A stretch of 64,000 bases of DNA, taken from contig NC_135256.1 in assembly GCF_964204865.1 (NCBI RefSeq), forward strand, positions 12,462,001 to 12,526,000, in the 5' to 3' direction. The notes beneath the pieces are model-generated. The model ran no database searches and was not told where the DNA came from. It was given only the letters and a program-made list of their open reading frames with translations. The DNA is from Styela clava (lineage: Eukaryota). The first letter of the stretch is position 1. Each line of letters starts with the position of its first letter. A program made the position numbers and the translations under genes. This document shows, one piece after another, positions 40,134 through 54,389 of this stretch.

Positions 40134-43100
40134 TCACTTTTTATTCAGCCATTTTCCAATCTTCTGGGCTACTGATAGCTTTTTCTTCGTTGTGTTATTT
40201 TCCAGTTCCCACAAGCTTTCTCTCGTATCCGCGATTGTTTTGTTTTTCTCATCACATTTTTTCCAATCTGTAGCTTTCTGAAAAGCATGTATTGCCGCAT
40301 TGAACTTTTCTATTGCGACTTCTTTCTTTCCTATTTCTGCGTATAAAGTTGCTAAAAGTTTAATACATCCACCGTACAGTCGGAAGTTTTCACATTTGTT
40401 GTTCATCTCCGTGTTCATCAAACAAAGTGCAGATTCGAGAACCGCAATGCTTTCGTTGTATGATTCGCAGTGGGTATAGCAGAGACCAACATAAAACAAG
40501 CACTCCGAGTGCCAAAGAACGATTTCATTCTGATTTTCGGCTGTAATTTTTGTCAAATCGTGAATAAGTTCTTGAAAATATGGGATGATGTGATGTAAAG
40601 TAATTCTATGAATATACCCGCATCGTTCAACGACTCCTGCCTCAACTATATCAGTTATCTGATTCACTTGTGACGTCATGAAAGCCACTAAATCGCTGAC
40701 GTTAGCAGTCATCTGACAAAGTTTTGCTGCCGCGGAATGTACGACGACTGCACGGACGTACTGTTTTTCGTGATTGCAGGTGACTCCAAACTTTTCAACC
40801 TCCGATGCAGACAAATGCTGAGAATTCAGGAGTTCGGCGATAGTCTTTATATTGCTACATGCCAGGTAATAATCACCGCACATTATGTTACACTCAGTAA
40901 GTAAGATCATATTGTAAATCTCAGCAGATTGGTTTGGTTTCAAGTTTTCCAGCTTTCGAAAGTATTTACTAGCTTCTGTGTATTCATTGTGTTCGACCAA
41001 AGCAAGCGCACAACCTAGAAAATAGAGGATTTACGCGAGTTAGAAAAAAAATAGTCCATGACCGATGGTAATTTTATTTGAGAGCGCAGTGAAAGTTAAT
41101 ACGCGAATGGAGATTACGAATACAATAAATGCGGGTTTGTACAATATTAGTAACTGTTGTATATTTTTTTCGCATTGAATACGCAATGAGACAAACTAAT
41201 TCACCTTGCAAATTCAATATCTTCATCTCTTTAATAAAATCCCTGACATCGGTTTGTTCAACATCGGCTTCCTTTGGAATTGTCGTGCAATTGGGAATTT
41301 CTTCATAGTCATCTACTTTCAAGACGATTACTTTAATGAAAATAAATATATCTTGGTTGATTCTATTCCCAACAATTTTATGCGCTCTATTATAAAAAGT
41401 TTACTGTAAAGCCGAATCATTTAGTAACGTAAAACTTAGACCTGGATCCCTAATATTAATTTAGTTCTTTTATTCCCTCATACTCATCTACATAAAACAG
41501 GTTGTTACCCAATGAATACCACGGACAGTGTTTTGTACCTGATATCGTATCCCGCTACCTACATTGCCAGAAATATAACCACGAAAGTAATGTCATATAT
41601 AAAGTCAGAAAACTGACTTTGAAGGAGCTGCTGAGAAACACTGGCATAATAGAAACTGTTATTGAATTTGTTTTGTCTATGGGCAGAATTATTTATGATT
41701 GTTACCTTATTATAAAGTATTCATTTGTGTGTCAATTGTAATTTAACATAGAGGTGGTTGTTAAAGGTTTTATTTCCTATCAGTTAATGGCGCTGAATAG
41801 CGATATAAGAACATCAACAACAACTATTTTGCGTTTCGAAGCAAGAGTTTCTGATAAATTTATTCGACAAACAGTTAATAAAACTCCGAAATTGACATTT
41901 TTGGTTATAAATTATAGTTATAAATTTACGCACACTAAATCACTGTTAATAATGAACACAGCAAACAATATAAATTGTGCGGATAAAAATATATATGTTA
42001 TTAATACAAACATATTTTAAAATATTTTGACTTCTTTTTCAAAGCGAGTTGTATTTTATAGTAAGCTATAGTCTGGATATTTAGACAATGTATAGCCTAT
42101 GAGACAAACACATTATCAACACCACTGCAATGAAATACAGACGAATAAATATACCTTCATCTTGTAGTTTCATAGTATTCGTGTATCGGACGACTTCTTC
42201 AGGTTTGATTTTCTCATCTTGGCATTGTTCTGTTGGTGTAGTGCTATGCGCTATTTCTTCATCAAAACCTATCAAATAAAAACAGACTGTTTTTTGCGCT
42301 ATTTTATCTTGCGGTATATAACCTTATGACGTTTGGACATTTTTCATTTGGTTATTATGTTTCTCGCAAAAGTTTTCGGCGCTACTATTTGGACATTATT
42401 TGTAATGAAATTCCATGTATATCATTTGGATACTAAAAGTACGTTGAAGGCAACACAATGGGATAAGAATTAAAAGCACGAAAAATAAAAGCAGCGAATA
42501 ATTCAATACTGGATTTGATACACTACCATTGTATTATTCACCATGAATTGCATTGTTCCCAATATAGATGATGAAATTGTAATAAAGTGTGTGGATTTTA
42601 TTTTAAAATATAAATAAGCGATCGCCAATGTCGAACATTTCGCGAAGAGTGTAACACAGAGATGTTTGCAATGCCTGAGCAAAGTGGCGACTCTGATGCA
42701 ATCATTATTTAATTCAAAATGGAGTTTCTGAATTCATGAATATATATCAAGAAATCCATGAACCTATAAATATTATTTAATGGCTATAATATTTGTTTTA
42801 GCTATTATATGAGTCATTTTAACTAGTTAAATTTATATTTCCAAGGAGCTGGCAAAATTGTCTCTGTGACCATGGGATAGATTGGAATTGCTGAAAAGCA
42901 ACTGAAAAGAAAACAATCCCACCCTCACTACATAGCAAGTCTAATTAACAATTAAGGTAAGGTTAATTAAACAAGGTCGGAACATAGCGAGCCGTTGAAG
43001 TGACTGCGTTTTGTGAAATACACCAGGATCGAGAATACTGAACAAATATTTGAGCAAGATTCTGTGACTTCCACTAAAATAAACCAGTCTATATGTTTTT

Positions 43101-43911
43101 TTCCGATGCCCTTCATTGCGACCCACAAAGAAAACCTATAAAAATGCAACTAAGCTTTTTGTACTGCAAGAAAGTTCCAATTAAAATCATCCTTCTGAAA
43201 TCTGACTTTGAACAAGTGATAGTCTTTAATGAAGTATTTACGTTAAAGAGAACATTTTCATCCATTAAGTTTAATCAATCAAGTGAAGTCCAGCACTTTT
43301 CAACGAACATCTTGAATCTATCCTTCAAAGTACCACAGTACATCCCAAGATAATAAAAAAAAACTTATTGGGGAACAGATGCATCACACCAGATACGCTG
43401 GTGTGTAACAACTAAACTTATTTTGTTAATTTTAATTGCAGGCAACGACAGTTTTTGAATTTTTTATAACTTTGCCATACGTAGCTTAGAACTACATGGG
43501 ACTACTTTGGCTACATGGGATAGTTTTCTATTCCGTGATCTGATAGGACGCGCTGTTTCAATAAGTAATTTTCAGGCGTGATGTTCTCGCACGCAAATAT
43601 TATAAAAGTCATGATGGCGACGACAAATTTCATTATCACTCTTGTGATTTCTACGGATAACATCTATTTTAAGTTATTCGATAAAACTAGCTACATTCTT
43701 ATCTGAAGACAGTGAGGATAAAATAATATATGCAGAGTCGGGTTTCCATACTTATAAAACAAACTCAAGTCATTTTGTGAAATTGCTATTGAATCTCCAG
43801 TACAACTTGATTCGCGTTTTTATACGGTAAAATATAAAGGATGTTAGTATGCGATCAAAACAAATACTCACTCGTTTGGCATTCCAAACCTTTGCTTTGA
43901 TACGAACTCAT
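40134..43911 (-). CDS. Uncharacterised alpha-helical TPR-like protein, ~386 aa. Exons 43872-43911, 42155-42268, 41205-41330, 40134-41014
   Basis: accATG start with a GTGAGT donor; all introns phase 1 and the joined frame is open. TPR-like segments CLFYVGLCY...YNESIAVLESAL and LATLYAEIGKKEVAIEKFNAAI. Confidence 0.7.
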
Positions 43912-46900
43912 GGTATATTTTACCAGTCATATTTTAAAAATACCTTGATGAATAATCAGCTTACTTTAGGCCTATATTTTAAACCAATAGCTCAATGACT
44001 TCTATCAACCATTTCAACGACTAAGAACTAGTAAGACGAAGTTAAGTATACAGCAGTTATAAAGTTATGAGAAGTCGATAAAATATATTTATACCCGGCG
44101 AACCAATATACTTGTTGGCATGCTTGACTTGACATCTTTCAGGGTTACAAAGGTGTATCCCAGAAATTAAAGAGTCCTATTTATAAATGTTTATAACCAT
44201 AACCTCGTTATTAAAGTTGATTAGCCTTTTATGCATTGATTTATAGAAATTTTAATTCAAAGAAGGTATATAATGTTCAAAATAACCACACATAAAAACG
44301 AAAAGTTCAGCCATTTGAAGTAGTTTGAATGTCTTCCAACACGATTAAGATTTCGCTGCGGCTGAACGGTTGTAGTTGCGATTTCATCTCTTTAGCTCTC
44401 GCCATTCGGCGGAAGAGGGTACAAACAGTAGGGTGTTTGACGGCGTCATAGACTCATAATGTATGAGAAGATTCTACTCATAAGACAAATGGAACATAAC
44501 TGTAATAACAATAAATTTGCTTTGACTAGTATTCATTTTCCCCATCCACAATTTGTAATATATCAAGGAAGAAATCCAGAATATAGATGGAGTATACAGT
44601 TGTTGGTATATATTAAGACTGTATACGTGGAATTTATTATCAATGATATATACAACAAATTTACCCATTATTTTTATTTTTTTAATTCTAGTTTGTAAAA
44701 TTTTTTTCAACTTTTCCCTAAGTTATGCCAGTCTTCCGGGTATGTCTGCATTTTGTTTTGTCCGTTTATTGTTGTTTTGTTTTATGCCAGAGCGACCAAA
44801 TTTAAATTGATTGGACTAACGCTTTTTGACTCCAAGCATCGACAGTAACAATATGCTTACTTAAAACTACCCGGAAATAACGACGTCGGAATTGTCGGCC
44901 AGTCATTGGAATATATCGGATCTCATTTAGGGGCTGCAGTCATCATATTTTCGTCGATGCTGCTTATTTTTGTACGCGCGTTTCGGTTAGGGACGTGCTT
45001 GTGCGCGCGACAGAACCATCTGTTGAAAGTTGAGCCCTGGGAAAACGCAAGAATGAAATGCTCATTCGCTATAGCCTATAGGTGAATTATCTCAGTATTG
45101 AAATTCGATGACAAAGGAAGTCATGTTATAGATTCAAGTGGACCGAGATGCGTTGACTAAAACAACGCAAACGTTTTGCTTGGGCTGTTCGCCTGCCTCG
45201 GGACCGCAACAATTCTGATGTATGACTAATTTTGATTCCGTGAAACGGTAAATTAATGTTCTAAGAGACTGCCCTTTGCTTTGTTATGAATAATTGAAAG
45301 CTTTTAGATGGCATCGAAAACAAATATTTTACGTCTGCAAATCTTGTCACCTCCGACCACATCGGCTCAAAACATTCGTGATTGCACAGTTTCGGCGCGC
45401 ATCCAGCGGTGTGAAAAAAATTCTGAAAATCAAAAAACTCAAATTTAGTAAACTGGTTCCTTGTCGCGGACGTGGATAGTCCACGTCGTGGCCGAGATTC
45501 CCGCGTGTGGTTACGAATATTTTACTATGCCAAGCGTAAGAAACACACTTGCCATTGTACCTCTCATGGTTGACGTAGCCGTTTGCTGGCTTCCTCTATT
45601 TCTATGTTATTGTCGGTAAGTAGCGTAAGGTTTTGTCGAAATTTCAAACAGACATCTCTTATTTGAGATGGATAATTCTTAGAGACTGTAATTTAAGTCC
45701 ACCAAAAGTACGAGGTATTCTCCACTTCAACTGCATTACTTAAAGAAAATGTGCTTATGTCGTGTTTGAGAGTTTTGAAGGCGAAATGACCACCATGTGG
45801 TTACACTGAAGATCCTATCCTACCTTACTTGATTGTAAAATCAACTTTTATACTGTCAATTTGAATTGACATCGATGGCACCGAAACAGTCAACAACGGC
45901 GTGTAACGCAAATGCAAAAGTTAGGAATTACAAACTTCAAAGATACATGTCAATTATTTCAAAAGAAACATTGATCAGCTTCACATTTCAGCTATTTATT
46001 CAGATTAATATTTCAAAGATAAGCACATAAAATGGAATACTTATAAAACATTACAAAACGAGTAATATATAAGAACATCTCAAGCAATTCGCCATAACAT
46101 ATAGGCACATGTTTACTACTGCATCCAAATAAATAAATAAAACATAGTAATGCGTTGAAAAATTACAGTCTATAAATATGATTAATTGCGGGTAAAATGT
46201 TGCAGCTATTAGGTTGGTAGTGTAAATGAATAATGTAAATAAAAAAAATCGATCCCAGACATTAATTAACCATCTCATGTATAATTGAGAGGTTTCACGT
46301 ATGGCTTCATGTGTTGTAAATATACATGATCCCCATTGTATGTTCTAAGATAATTATAAAACTTCAGGCAAAGAGTTCCGGAGTAAGAATCGTAATGCAG
46401 GTGGCTTTTTTTTTTCAAGAAATAGAAGACAAGATATCTGATAAGATCTTATTGACTTATTTTCTTCCAGATAAATTGGAGATACAATGAATAATTACTG
46501 ATGAGATTCAATATAATAAACAAAAAATATAAGAAAAAAGTTCGGAACTCTTTCGTACTGAGATTCAAGCATTATAAAACTAATACACAACTTTGGAATA
46601 AGTTGACTATATCACAATGAAATAAATGAAGGGCAAAGCCTAATAAACAAGACCAAACTAAGCATTATAAAGTTTAATAACATTATAACAAGTTTCAATT
46701 AGTTAAGAGCTTTAGGTTGAAGAGTTGCATTCAAAAACTTGAATCTGAAGAAACATGATGTTCATACAAGCACAATTATAGGATCTAAAGTAGGACTTGC
46801 ATACTTTACAAATAAAAATATTATTTTAAAAACAAGAAAGTGACTGATATACAGCGACATAAAATACATATCATGAATGTGTAGACATCAGATTGGATAT

Positions 46901-46939
46901 TGCGACATATATCAAGTAAGGAAACTGCTAATTACATCA

Positions 46940-48547
46940 CTACTTTTGTTGAAGTCGTGAAGAAGGACCTGGTTCCATTCCCTTTTGTTTGAAGTAGCGA
47001 GTAACTTGAGCAGGAACTTCAGCCAAAACCGCTTTTGCCAATCCAGTTGGTCCATTCATTTTTACTTCATGGAATGGAACAAATTGTACAATATCCCGAA
47101 TAGCCTTGTGACCTTGGGGTGATTTCAAGACACCTCCGTCTCCATCGAGCATTTCCATAGCAGTAAAATCCGCAGTACCCACCCCAACAATTATAATAGA
47201 CATAGGAAGGTGTGATGCGTTAACAATTGCTGTCAAGGTTTCCGCTATATCAGTAATCACACCATCTGTAATGATCAGCAGAACAAAATAATTTTGAGGA
47301 CTTGTTTGTGCGTTTTGAGCTTCGAGAGCAAATTTAGCAACATGTGATATAATGGGTGATATATTTGTTGGGCCCCACAACTTCACCTGTCTTATAGCTT
47401 GTTGGTAGGCCTGTACAATTCCAAGTACACCTTTACAGTAGGGGTTTGTTGGATTAAAATTCAAGGGAAATTCATGTTCAACACGATTTCCAGGAGGCAC
47501 TTTTGCTCCAAATCCAAAGGCAGGAAATAACTTGTCAGTATCATAGTCTTGTATGACACTTCCAACAGCGAGTAATGCCTGCATATATTCATTGAGGTAA
47601 TTATTGTCTTGGTAATGAAGAGAATGTGCATCTGAAGGATCTCCATTTGACCCTGTGAAGTCGACTCCTACAGTAAAATTGATTTGCAATCCGCCAAAAA
47701 TATAATTCAAAAAACTAAAAGTCTTTTGAATTCTTGATGCCTGAAAAATAATCGTGCCAGAACCTTTGTATGATGATTTTTTTGCTTTCTTCTTTTCGTT
47801 GATACATTTGAATTCTATCGGTTTCACAGCATTTTCTATCTCAGTTACAGAGGTATAAAATTCACCAATAACATCATGACCACCATCATCATCCCAATCA
47901 CTACAAATGACTTTGATTTTGTTGGAATAATTACCTTTGCATAAACTGTGCATAGGTATTGTCATTGTCTTCCAAACTGGATCAAGGCTATTCTTAACAA
48001 CCTCAGTTCTGTGAGCAAGAGACCAAGTTTTGTCATCATTTTCTCGCCAGAACTCTAAAAATGGATCAGATTTCCCCATAAAATCTTTGTTATCAAGTTT
48101 GCTGCCTTTTACTGTAAGAGCTAATTCATTATTATCAGAAATTTCTTCCGCTACAATCTTGATTAGACTTTTTCCAGCCTGTTTTTTGCCTTTCAGCATA
48201 AGTGCCTGCTGATATGTCTTTGCTGACACAATGTTTCCAAGCGTGCATTTCAATTTCCCTAAGAAATCATCATCTTTTAAGGTTGATGTTGAGTTATCAA
48301 TATCAAAGACTTGGAATCGTAACTTTTGTATCTCCTCGAAGTAATAATCAATCGTGACTTTTTTACTGAAAACTGGATTCTCCGTGTTTCGAATATGTTC
48401 AGTGCGATCCAATTCGAACCAAGTTTTGGAAGATTCTTCAAAACATTGAATGACACAGATTGGATCTGATTTTGACAAGGCATCTTTGCTTAGTAGTTTA
48501 GTACATGATATAGTAAGCTCTACTTGTGTGACACATCCTGACGCCAT
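46940..48547 (-). CDS. CPNE: Copine (C2A-C2B-vWA), 535 aa, intronless CDS, paralog A
   Basis: MASGCVTQVELTISC start just after the acceptor tttatttag (48561-48562). C2 motifs KSDPIC/DIDN..DDDFLG and [11 protein letters not shown]; vWA motifs INFTVGVDFTGSNG, LLIITDGVI and [10 protein letters not shown]. Confidence 0.96.
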   Translation of the reverse strand: MASGCVTQVELTISCTKLLSKDALSKSDPICVIQCFEESSKTWFELDRTEHIRNTENPVFSKKVTIDYYFEEIQKLRFQVFDIDNSTSTLKDDDFLGKLKCTLGNIVSAKTYQQALMLKGKKQAGKSLIKIVAEEISDNNELALTVKGSKLDNKDFMGKSDPFLEFWRENDDKTWSLAHRTEVVKNSLDPVWKTMTIPMHSLCKGNYSNKIKVICSDWDDDGGHDVIGEFYTSVTEIENAVKPIEFKCINEKKKAKKSSYKGSGTIIFQASRIQKTFSFLNYIFGGLQINFTVGVDFTGSNGDPSDAHSLHYQDNNYLNEYMQALLAVGSVIQDYDTDKLFPAFGFGAKVPPGNRVEHEFPLNFNPTNPYCKGVLGIVQAYQQAIRQVKLWGPTNISPIISHVAKFALEAQNAQTSPQNYFVLLIITDGVITDIAETLTAIVNASHLPMSIIIVGVGTADFTAMEMLDGDGGVLKSPQGHKAIRDIVQFVPFHEVKMNGPTGLAKAVLAEVPAQVTRYFKQKGMEPGPSSRLQQK

Positions 48548-51500
48548 TATTTCTATATCACTAAATAAAAATAGTAGTACAAGGTAGATTACATAGCGAA
48601 GCACAAATAGCATTCTATCAAACGAGTTGGACACATTCAAGAACATAGTGCATATGGTAAAACAGAGCATGAAACATCAAAACAGAAGATGAAATTTACA
48701 AGATTATGCTTTTATTGAGAATACTTGATACCAAAATACCTACTTTAAGCATAACATCAATATAAAAATATATTTAAGCAATATTTATGTGATAGAAGCA
48801 CTGATAATTTAAATGACTTCAATATTAACAGGGCAGCTGATTGCTTCAGAAAGTTTGACATAACAATACATGTTTTCACATCCCTATATTCAGTATTAAA
48901 ATTTTCAGTATAAATATCAATTAGTATGTCTCCTTGACTATTCATCAATACAATATTGGAAATGGCATTCTGTATACTACTTTATTTACCCTGGAACAAT
49001 TACGAAAAAAGACACTAAATACGAAAGTATAAAATGAAAAAAATATTGTCTATCTTGAATCCAATTATAAACGATTCAGCTTAACGAAACATATATCTAT
49101 GGAAGAACTCATCAGATAAGACTGAGGTAAGAAAGCCAGATGATGATCCAAGCTAGTAAGTCAAATAAAACTATAGGCCAGTAAAAAAAAACAATGCATC
49201 ACATTATCTTTCCAAACTGAAAGTAAATAAGTTGAAACAACCAAATGACCTATTCAATGAACCAACGTCCGAAATAATGAGGTATGAGGAAAATGGGTAC
49301 ACATTCACTTCGAAACCGCCCAGAACAAGTGATCAAATTTTTTGATCAATGAATTTCGATAAACCTATTACTTGGTATTTGTACCCCAATCGAATAATAT
49401 TTAAGAATTCTTTCACATGCAGTAACAAATTTTATCACTTAAAACTGTTTTTAAAACTCTTATCCTCAGTCCTCGAACAATTTCAAAATTTTGAATATTT
49501 TATCATAATTTAGAGCTAGCAATATTGTTCAGAGCTCGCAACCAAACAAGCTAGGCTAGTTTTTTATGCCTTGAAACTCCGAGTATTGAATGAAAATTTT
49601 GATGGCCAATTAATTATGAGCATAAACAGGCAATTGCTATTGTTGATATATAAGTCATAATGATGTTATAGACAATTAACTGAATCACAGTATATGGCAC
49701 ATCGAAATAAACACCTAAAAAGAAATATTTAGACAAAGGAGAAAGGTACTGAATTGTGTATAATCATCATTGGTATATGTGCTTTGAATTCTCGTAACAA
49801 AACTAAGTAAGTAAATCCGACCAAATTTAGAAACTAACAATCCTCTCACAAGTTGCAAATATTACAGTAGAGTTACTATGAAAAGAATGACATATCACAC
49901 AGCAATGATTCATATTTTTTCAAGATAGCCTGTAATAGCTGTAACAAAATAAATATACATAAATTTGAAATGCAATTTTATCTAAATATGACATGGCTGA
50001 GATAAACGTAATAGATCGACACAATCAAATATTCAACTAAATTGGAAATATATTATGTATCAAAATAGAGTAACACCAAATTCATCTTACATAGCACACC
50101 TGAAGCAATAAAATGTCATAGTACATTGTATAATACGAGCTATCTCAAGAGTAACAAGTAGCCAGTGTAAAAGTTTATCGGACAGTGAGCATAAAATAAA
50201 ACTATTGAAAAACTGCAATAATAATCCCTGTAATGGCAACTTCTACATACATCTAAGCCTTACAAATGATAAGGAAGTCAACATGTGAATTAGTTCGAAG
50301 ATGAGCAATTTTGATCGCTCAATTTACTGATACAATGAAGTAAGATGATTTGAAATTTTTGTTAAAAACTGCATTTGTTCAACATAGTAATAAGCCGTTT
50401 TAGCAAAAGCTATTCAAAATGAAACTGACCATTCACACACGATCAAAACAATCCAATTACCAAATTTGATTTTTTACTATAATCTTCAAAAATATGCAGA
50501 GAATGAGAAACGGTATCATTCACCCATGAAATTATGTTTAATGAATCAAAGACAGCTCAGTATAGGAGGGAAACATAAATGATTCATGGGCGGAAAAATA
50601 AAATACATCACCGAACTGACAACACAAGACAATAACATTTTTCATTAAGTTTGCCCAGATCCATGTCAATTGTAAGTTAACTGCAGAGGCTCTGAGGTAA
50701 AGCTATAATTTTAACAGGAAATAACGCTAATGTATATGGTAAAGATATGATATGTCGTGAATATAAACAACTTTTGTTTTGATTAAACTGATACAGAGTA
50801 GAGAAAATTATTACATACCATAATGAAATATTACAGTGAATACTCTTATTATACAGATTTTTAAGTGTTTCCATCAGATGCATGTAGAGAGCCTAAATTG
50901 TAGTTTTATATTTTATGCACATTTTGCGAAATATATTCAAATTTAAGAATTTAACCTCACAATTACACAGATAAATAAGAAACTTAGTATAGCCTATATA
51001 AAAACATATTCTGCAATATATTTACAGTATTTATAAAAAATGAGATTCATCTGGAACATGATTAAATTTTTGACTGCATTTTTCATGTAGCCTACATGAA
51101 ACAATTCTTGTTGTATCTTTTGCTTCAAACGATTTATATATCTGTTGAATTCACTTATAACGTATAACACTTGTCAAAATTGAAACAGTATAATGAGTAC
51201 AAGATGAAAACAATAGTACGGATCATGGCAGAAATACGTAGCACATTAATATTTATAGCAATGAGCATCTGCAAACCAAAAGCATCTACACTGCAATAAT
51301 TAAATGAAAGCACAGGTATTTGCCACATATACGCAGTGATTGGGAGGGCATATAGGTTTACAAAAATGAGAAAGAAACAAATATGATGATTTAATGAAAA
51401 CTGTCGATGACTACTCGGTGCATGTACTGTGCTATTGCACGCAACCAATAGGAAGTCAGGCATCCTCGCAAGCAATATTCCAGCCATTTTTAAAAGCATT

Positions 51501-51549
51501 GAGTACAATGGAACGAAAGCGATTGTCTCATTACAGGTTTTGAATTAAA

Positions 51550-53157
51550 TCACTTCTTAGCTTGAACCTGCTGCTGCAACCCTTGTCCTGGGTTCATTTT
51601 CTTTTGTTTAAAATATGCTGTAACTTGAGTTGGAACTTCAGCGAGAACTGCTTTCGCTAATCCAGCTGGTCCTGACTTTTTCACACTATGAAAAGGTACA
51701 AATTGAACAATGTCACGTGCAACTGGTTGACCAGTTGGTGATTTCAACACTCCATCATCACCATCCAACATTTCCATTGCAGAGAAGTCTGCTTTACCAA
51801 CACCAACAATAATAATTGACATAGGCAGATGAGAAGCATTTACAATTGCTGTACGAGTTTCATCCATGTCTGTGATCACTCCATCTGTGATAAGCAGCAA
51901 TATGAAATAATTTTGTGGAGTAGTTTGGGTACTTTGTGCCTGGTATGCAAAACTCGCAACATGATTTATAATAGGGGATATATTAGTCGGCCCCCATAAT
52001 TTTACCTGGTTGACAGCATGATAATATGCTTGTAATACACCTTCTACCCCAGCACAATATGGATTCTGATCATTGAAATTAAGGGCAAATTCATGGGATA
52101 CTGTTGCATAGGGTGGAAGTTTGGCGCCAAATCCGAAAGCAGGAAATAACTTATCTGAGTCATAATCCTGAACAACATTTCCAACTGCTATCAAAGCTTG
52201 TACATATTCGTTCTGGACATTTGGGTTTATAAAATGCAGAGAGTCAGGAGATGCTGGGTCACCATTAGATCCAGTGAAATCAATTCCAACAGTGAAATTA
52301 ATTTGTAAACCTCCCATGACATATTCAACAAAACTGTATTGCTTTTCAATTCTTGATGACAGAAATGAAACTACTCCAGAATTTTTATATGATTTCTTCT
52401 TCTGTTTCTTAGGGTTAATGCATGGAAATTCTTTGGGCTTCTGAGCTTTCTCAATTTCATCAACAGTGGTGTAAAATTCACCTATCAAATCATGACTACC
52501 ATCACTATCCCAATCATTGCAGATAACCTTTAACTTCTTATGAACATCAGCACCACAAAGAGTGTGAAGTGAAATCTGCATAGGTTTCCATGCAGGATTG
52601 AGACTGTTTTTTACAACTTCTGTTCTGTGAGCAATGGTCCATGTCCCATCACTATTCTGCTTCCAGAACTCAAGATAAGGATCAGATTTCCCCATGAAAT
52701 CTTTATTATCCAATTTGGTAGCTTTGGCCGAAAGCATTAAAATTCGATTATCAGTGACTTCCTCAGCAACAATCTTTATACTTCCTTTACCTGCATGCTT
52801 TTTGTTTTTTCCCAACAATGCTTGCTCCAAAGTTTTCTTTGAGACTATATTTGCAAGAGTACATTCCAATTCTCCAAGGAAATCATCATCACTCAGAGTT
52901 GTTGATGCATTATCAATATCAAACATCCGGAACCTCAACTTTTGAACAATTTCAAAATAATAGTCGATTGAGATTTTCTTGCTAAAATCGGGATCCAAAC
53001 TATTCACAACCTGCTCAGTGCGAGCGTACTCATACCAAGAATGAGAAGATTCATCAAATGTCTCCAAAAGACATATTGGATCAGATTTCGACGTCAGATC
53101 CCGATTCAGTAAATTCCGACATGATATTGAGAGTTCAACTTTTGTCATACACGCCAT
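51550..53157 (-). CDS. CPNE: Copine (C2A-C2B-vWA), 535 aa, intronless CDS, paralog B
   Basis: [13 protein letters not shown] start after an acceptor (ttcaaatag, ~53177); same domain motifs as paralog A and collinear with it throughout. Confidence 0.96.
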   Translation of the reverse strand: MACMTKVELSISCRNLLNRDLTSKSDPICLLETFDESSHSWYEYARTEQVVNSLDPDFSKKISIDYYFEIVQKLRFRMFDIDNASTTLSDDDFLGELECTLANIVSKKTLEQALLGKNKKHAGKGSIKIVAEEVTDNRILMLSAKATKLDNKDFMGKSDPYLEFWKQNSDGTWTIAHRTEVVKNSLNPAWKPMQISLHTLCGADVHKKLKVICNDWDSDGSHDLIGEFYTTVDEIEKAQKPKEFPCINPKKQKKKSYKNSGVVSFLSSRIEKQYSFVEYVMGGLQINFTVGIDFTGSNGDPASPDSLHFINPNVQNEYVQALIAVGNVVQDYDSDKLFPAFGFGAKLPPYATVSHEFALNFNDQNPYCAGVEGVLQAYYHAVNQVKLWGPTNISPIINHVASFAYQAQSTQTTPQNYFILLLITDGVITDMDETRTAIVNASHLPMSIIIVGVGKADFSAMEMLDGDDGVLKSPTGQPVARDIVQFVPFHSVKKSGPAGLAKAVLAEVPTQVTAYFKQKKMNPGQGLQQQVQAKK

Positions 53158-54243
53158 ACTGATTCTCAAGTACTATCTATTTGAAACAGAAAGCGTAAAG
53201 GTAATTGAAATACTAGGCTACTATTCTTATCAATTTCATGGCAAAAGAAAAAGATCAAGGCTACTAATTACTTAATTAAAAACTTGTAAATTTACAAATT
53301 GATATGAAAATTGGAAATATTTGTTTTATCACTAAATTCATAAACTAGTGAAGTTGAGGACAAAAATTCAATACATAAGCCTATATATGAAACCATATAC
53401 AAAATTACAGAATTATATATATCTGTATAGTATCATAGTATAGAGACATACTACACAGTCAGCAAGTATTATGCTTCAAAATCAGAAATACCTGAATACT
53501 GAATTGTACTGTCACCTGATACCACTGCTGTGCTCTACCAGACATGTCTACTATTTTGGTTGCCCACTACTACTGATCTTTCTTGTCTCATGCCTGTGAT
53601 AATTTTGATAGTCTACTTATAACAGTATAAACTTAGATTTGTATTAATCTCATGACCGAGTTCGATATAGAAGTACTATCAAATCTTTCTGGAGTTCTGT
53701 CCTAGCTTGTTATGAAAACTACCTCTGTACCTTGAGCTTGAGTTATTCCAGTATTTTTTAAATTTTAAACATAACGAAATCTATTCAGCTACTAATAACT
53801 TCATTATCTTATTTTGAAAATAGTTGCAAACTTTTTTTTTTTTTTTGTTTCCTGCCTGGGATATTCTGATATTAATGCAGAACAACTCTTGTGTCAATAA
53901 AGTCCATTGCGTGGGCAAATTACTAATGCATTGCAGCATTGTCATAACAAACTACTGAACTAATACCGTAATACTGTAATAAAAACTTAAATACTGTAAA
54001 TAATTTATTCAAAAATTGGGCCTTGCTGCAGTGCTGTGAGGAGGCAATTACAGAGTTAGTAGCCTACCTCTATAATTAAGTTTATACGGATTTCCTATAA
54101 AAATGTCACAACAAAATAACTTAATACTGGTCTTACTACTTACTGAATACAGCGCGAAACACCGCAAAACAGAGGGAAACAGCGCAAAACAGTGGGGAAA
54201 CAGCGCAAAAGAGCGCAAAACAGAGGGTTAGATCAAAAGGGAC

Positions 54244-54349
54244 CTCCAGAAGTATGTGCACCAAGATGGCGCACAACCTGAAAATAGTGTGTGTGTGTGT
54301 GGGTAGCGGATTCAGGTTGTGCGACATATTGCTGCACATACTTCTGGAG
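54244..54349. repeat. Small hairpin (inverted-repeat) element with a (GT)n loop
   Basis: 39-bp arms ctccagaagtatgtgcacc...acctgaa / ttcaggt...gcacatacttctggag with 3 mismatches. Confidence 0.8.
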
Positions 54350-54389
54350 CACCAAAAAGGTAGATAAAATTTCGCCTGATGACCTATAA

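Noticed and set aside
45469-45487. Perfect 8-bp hairpin GACGTGGA/TCCACGTC as a Helitron 3' end
   Set aside because: No CTRR terminus at the expected distance and no second copy in the window.
48548-48670. 41-aa hydrophobic N-terminal extension on copine A in the ORF track
   Set aside because: It lies across and upstream of a clear splice acceptor at 48561-48562; the paralogue alignment places the start at MASGC (48547).
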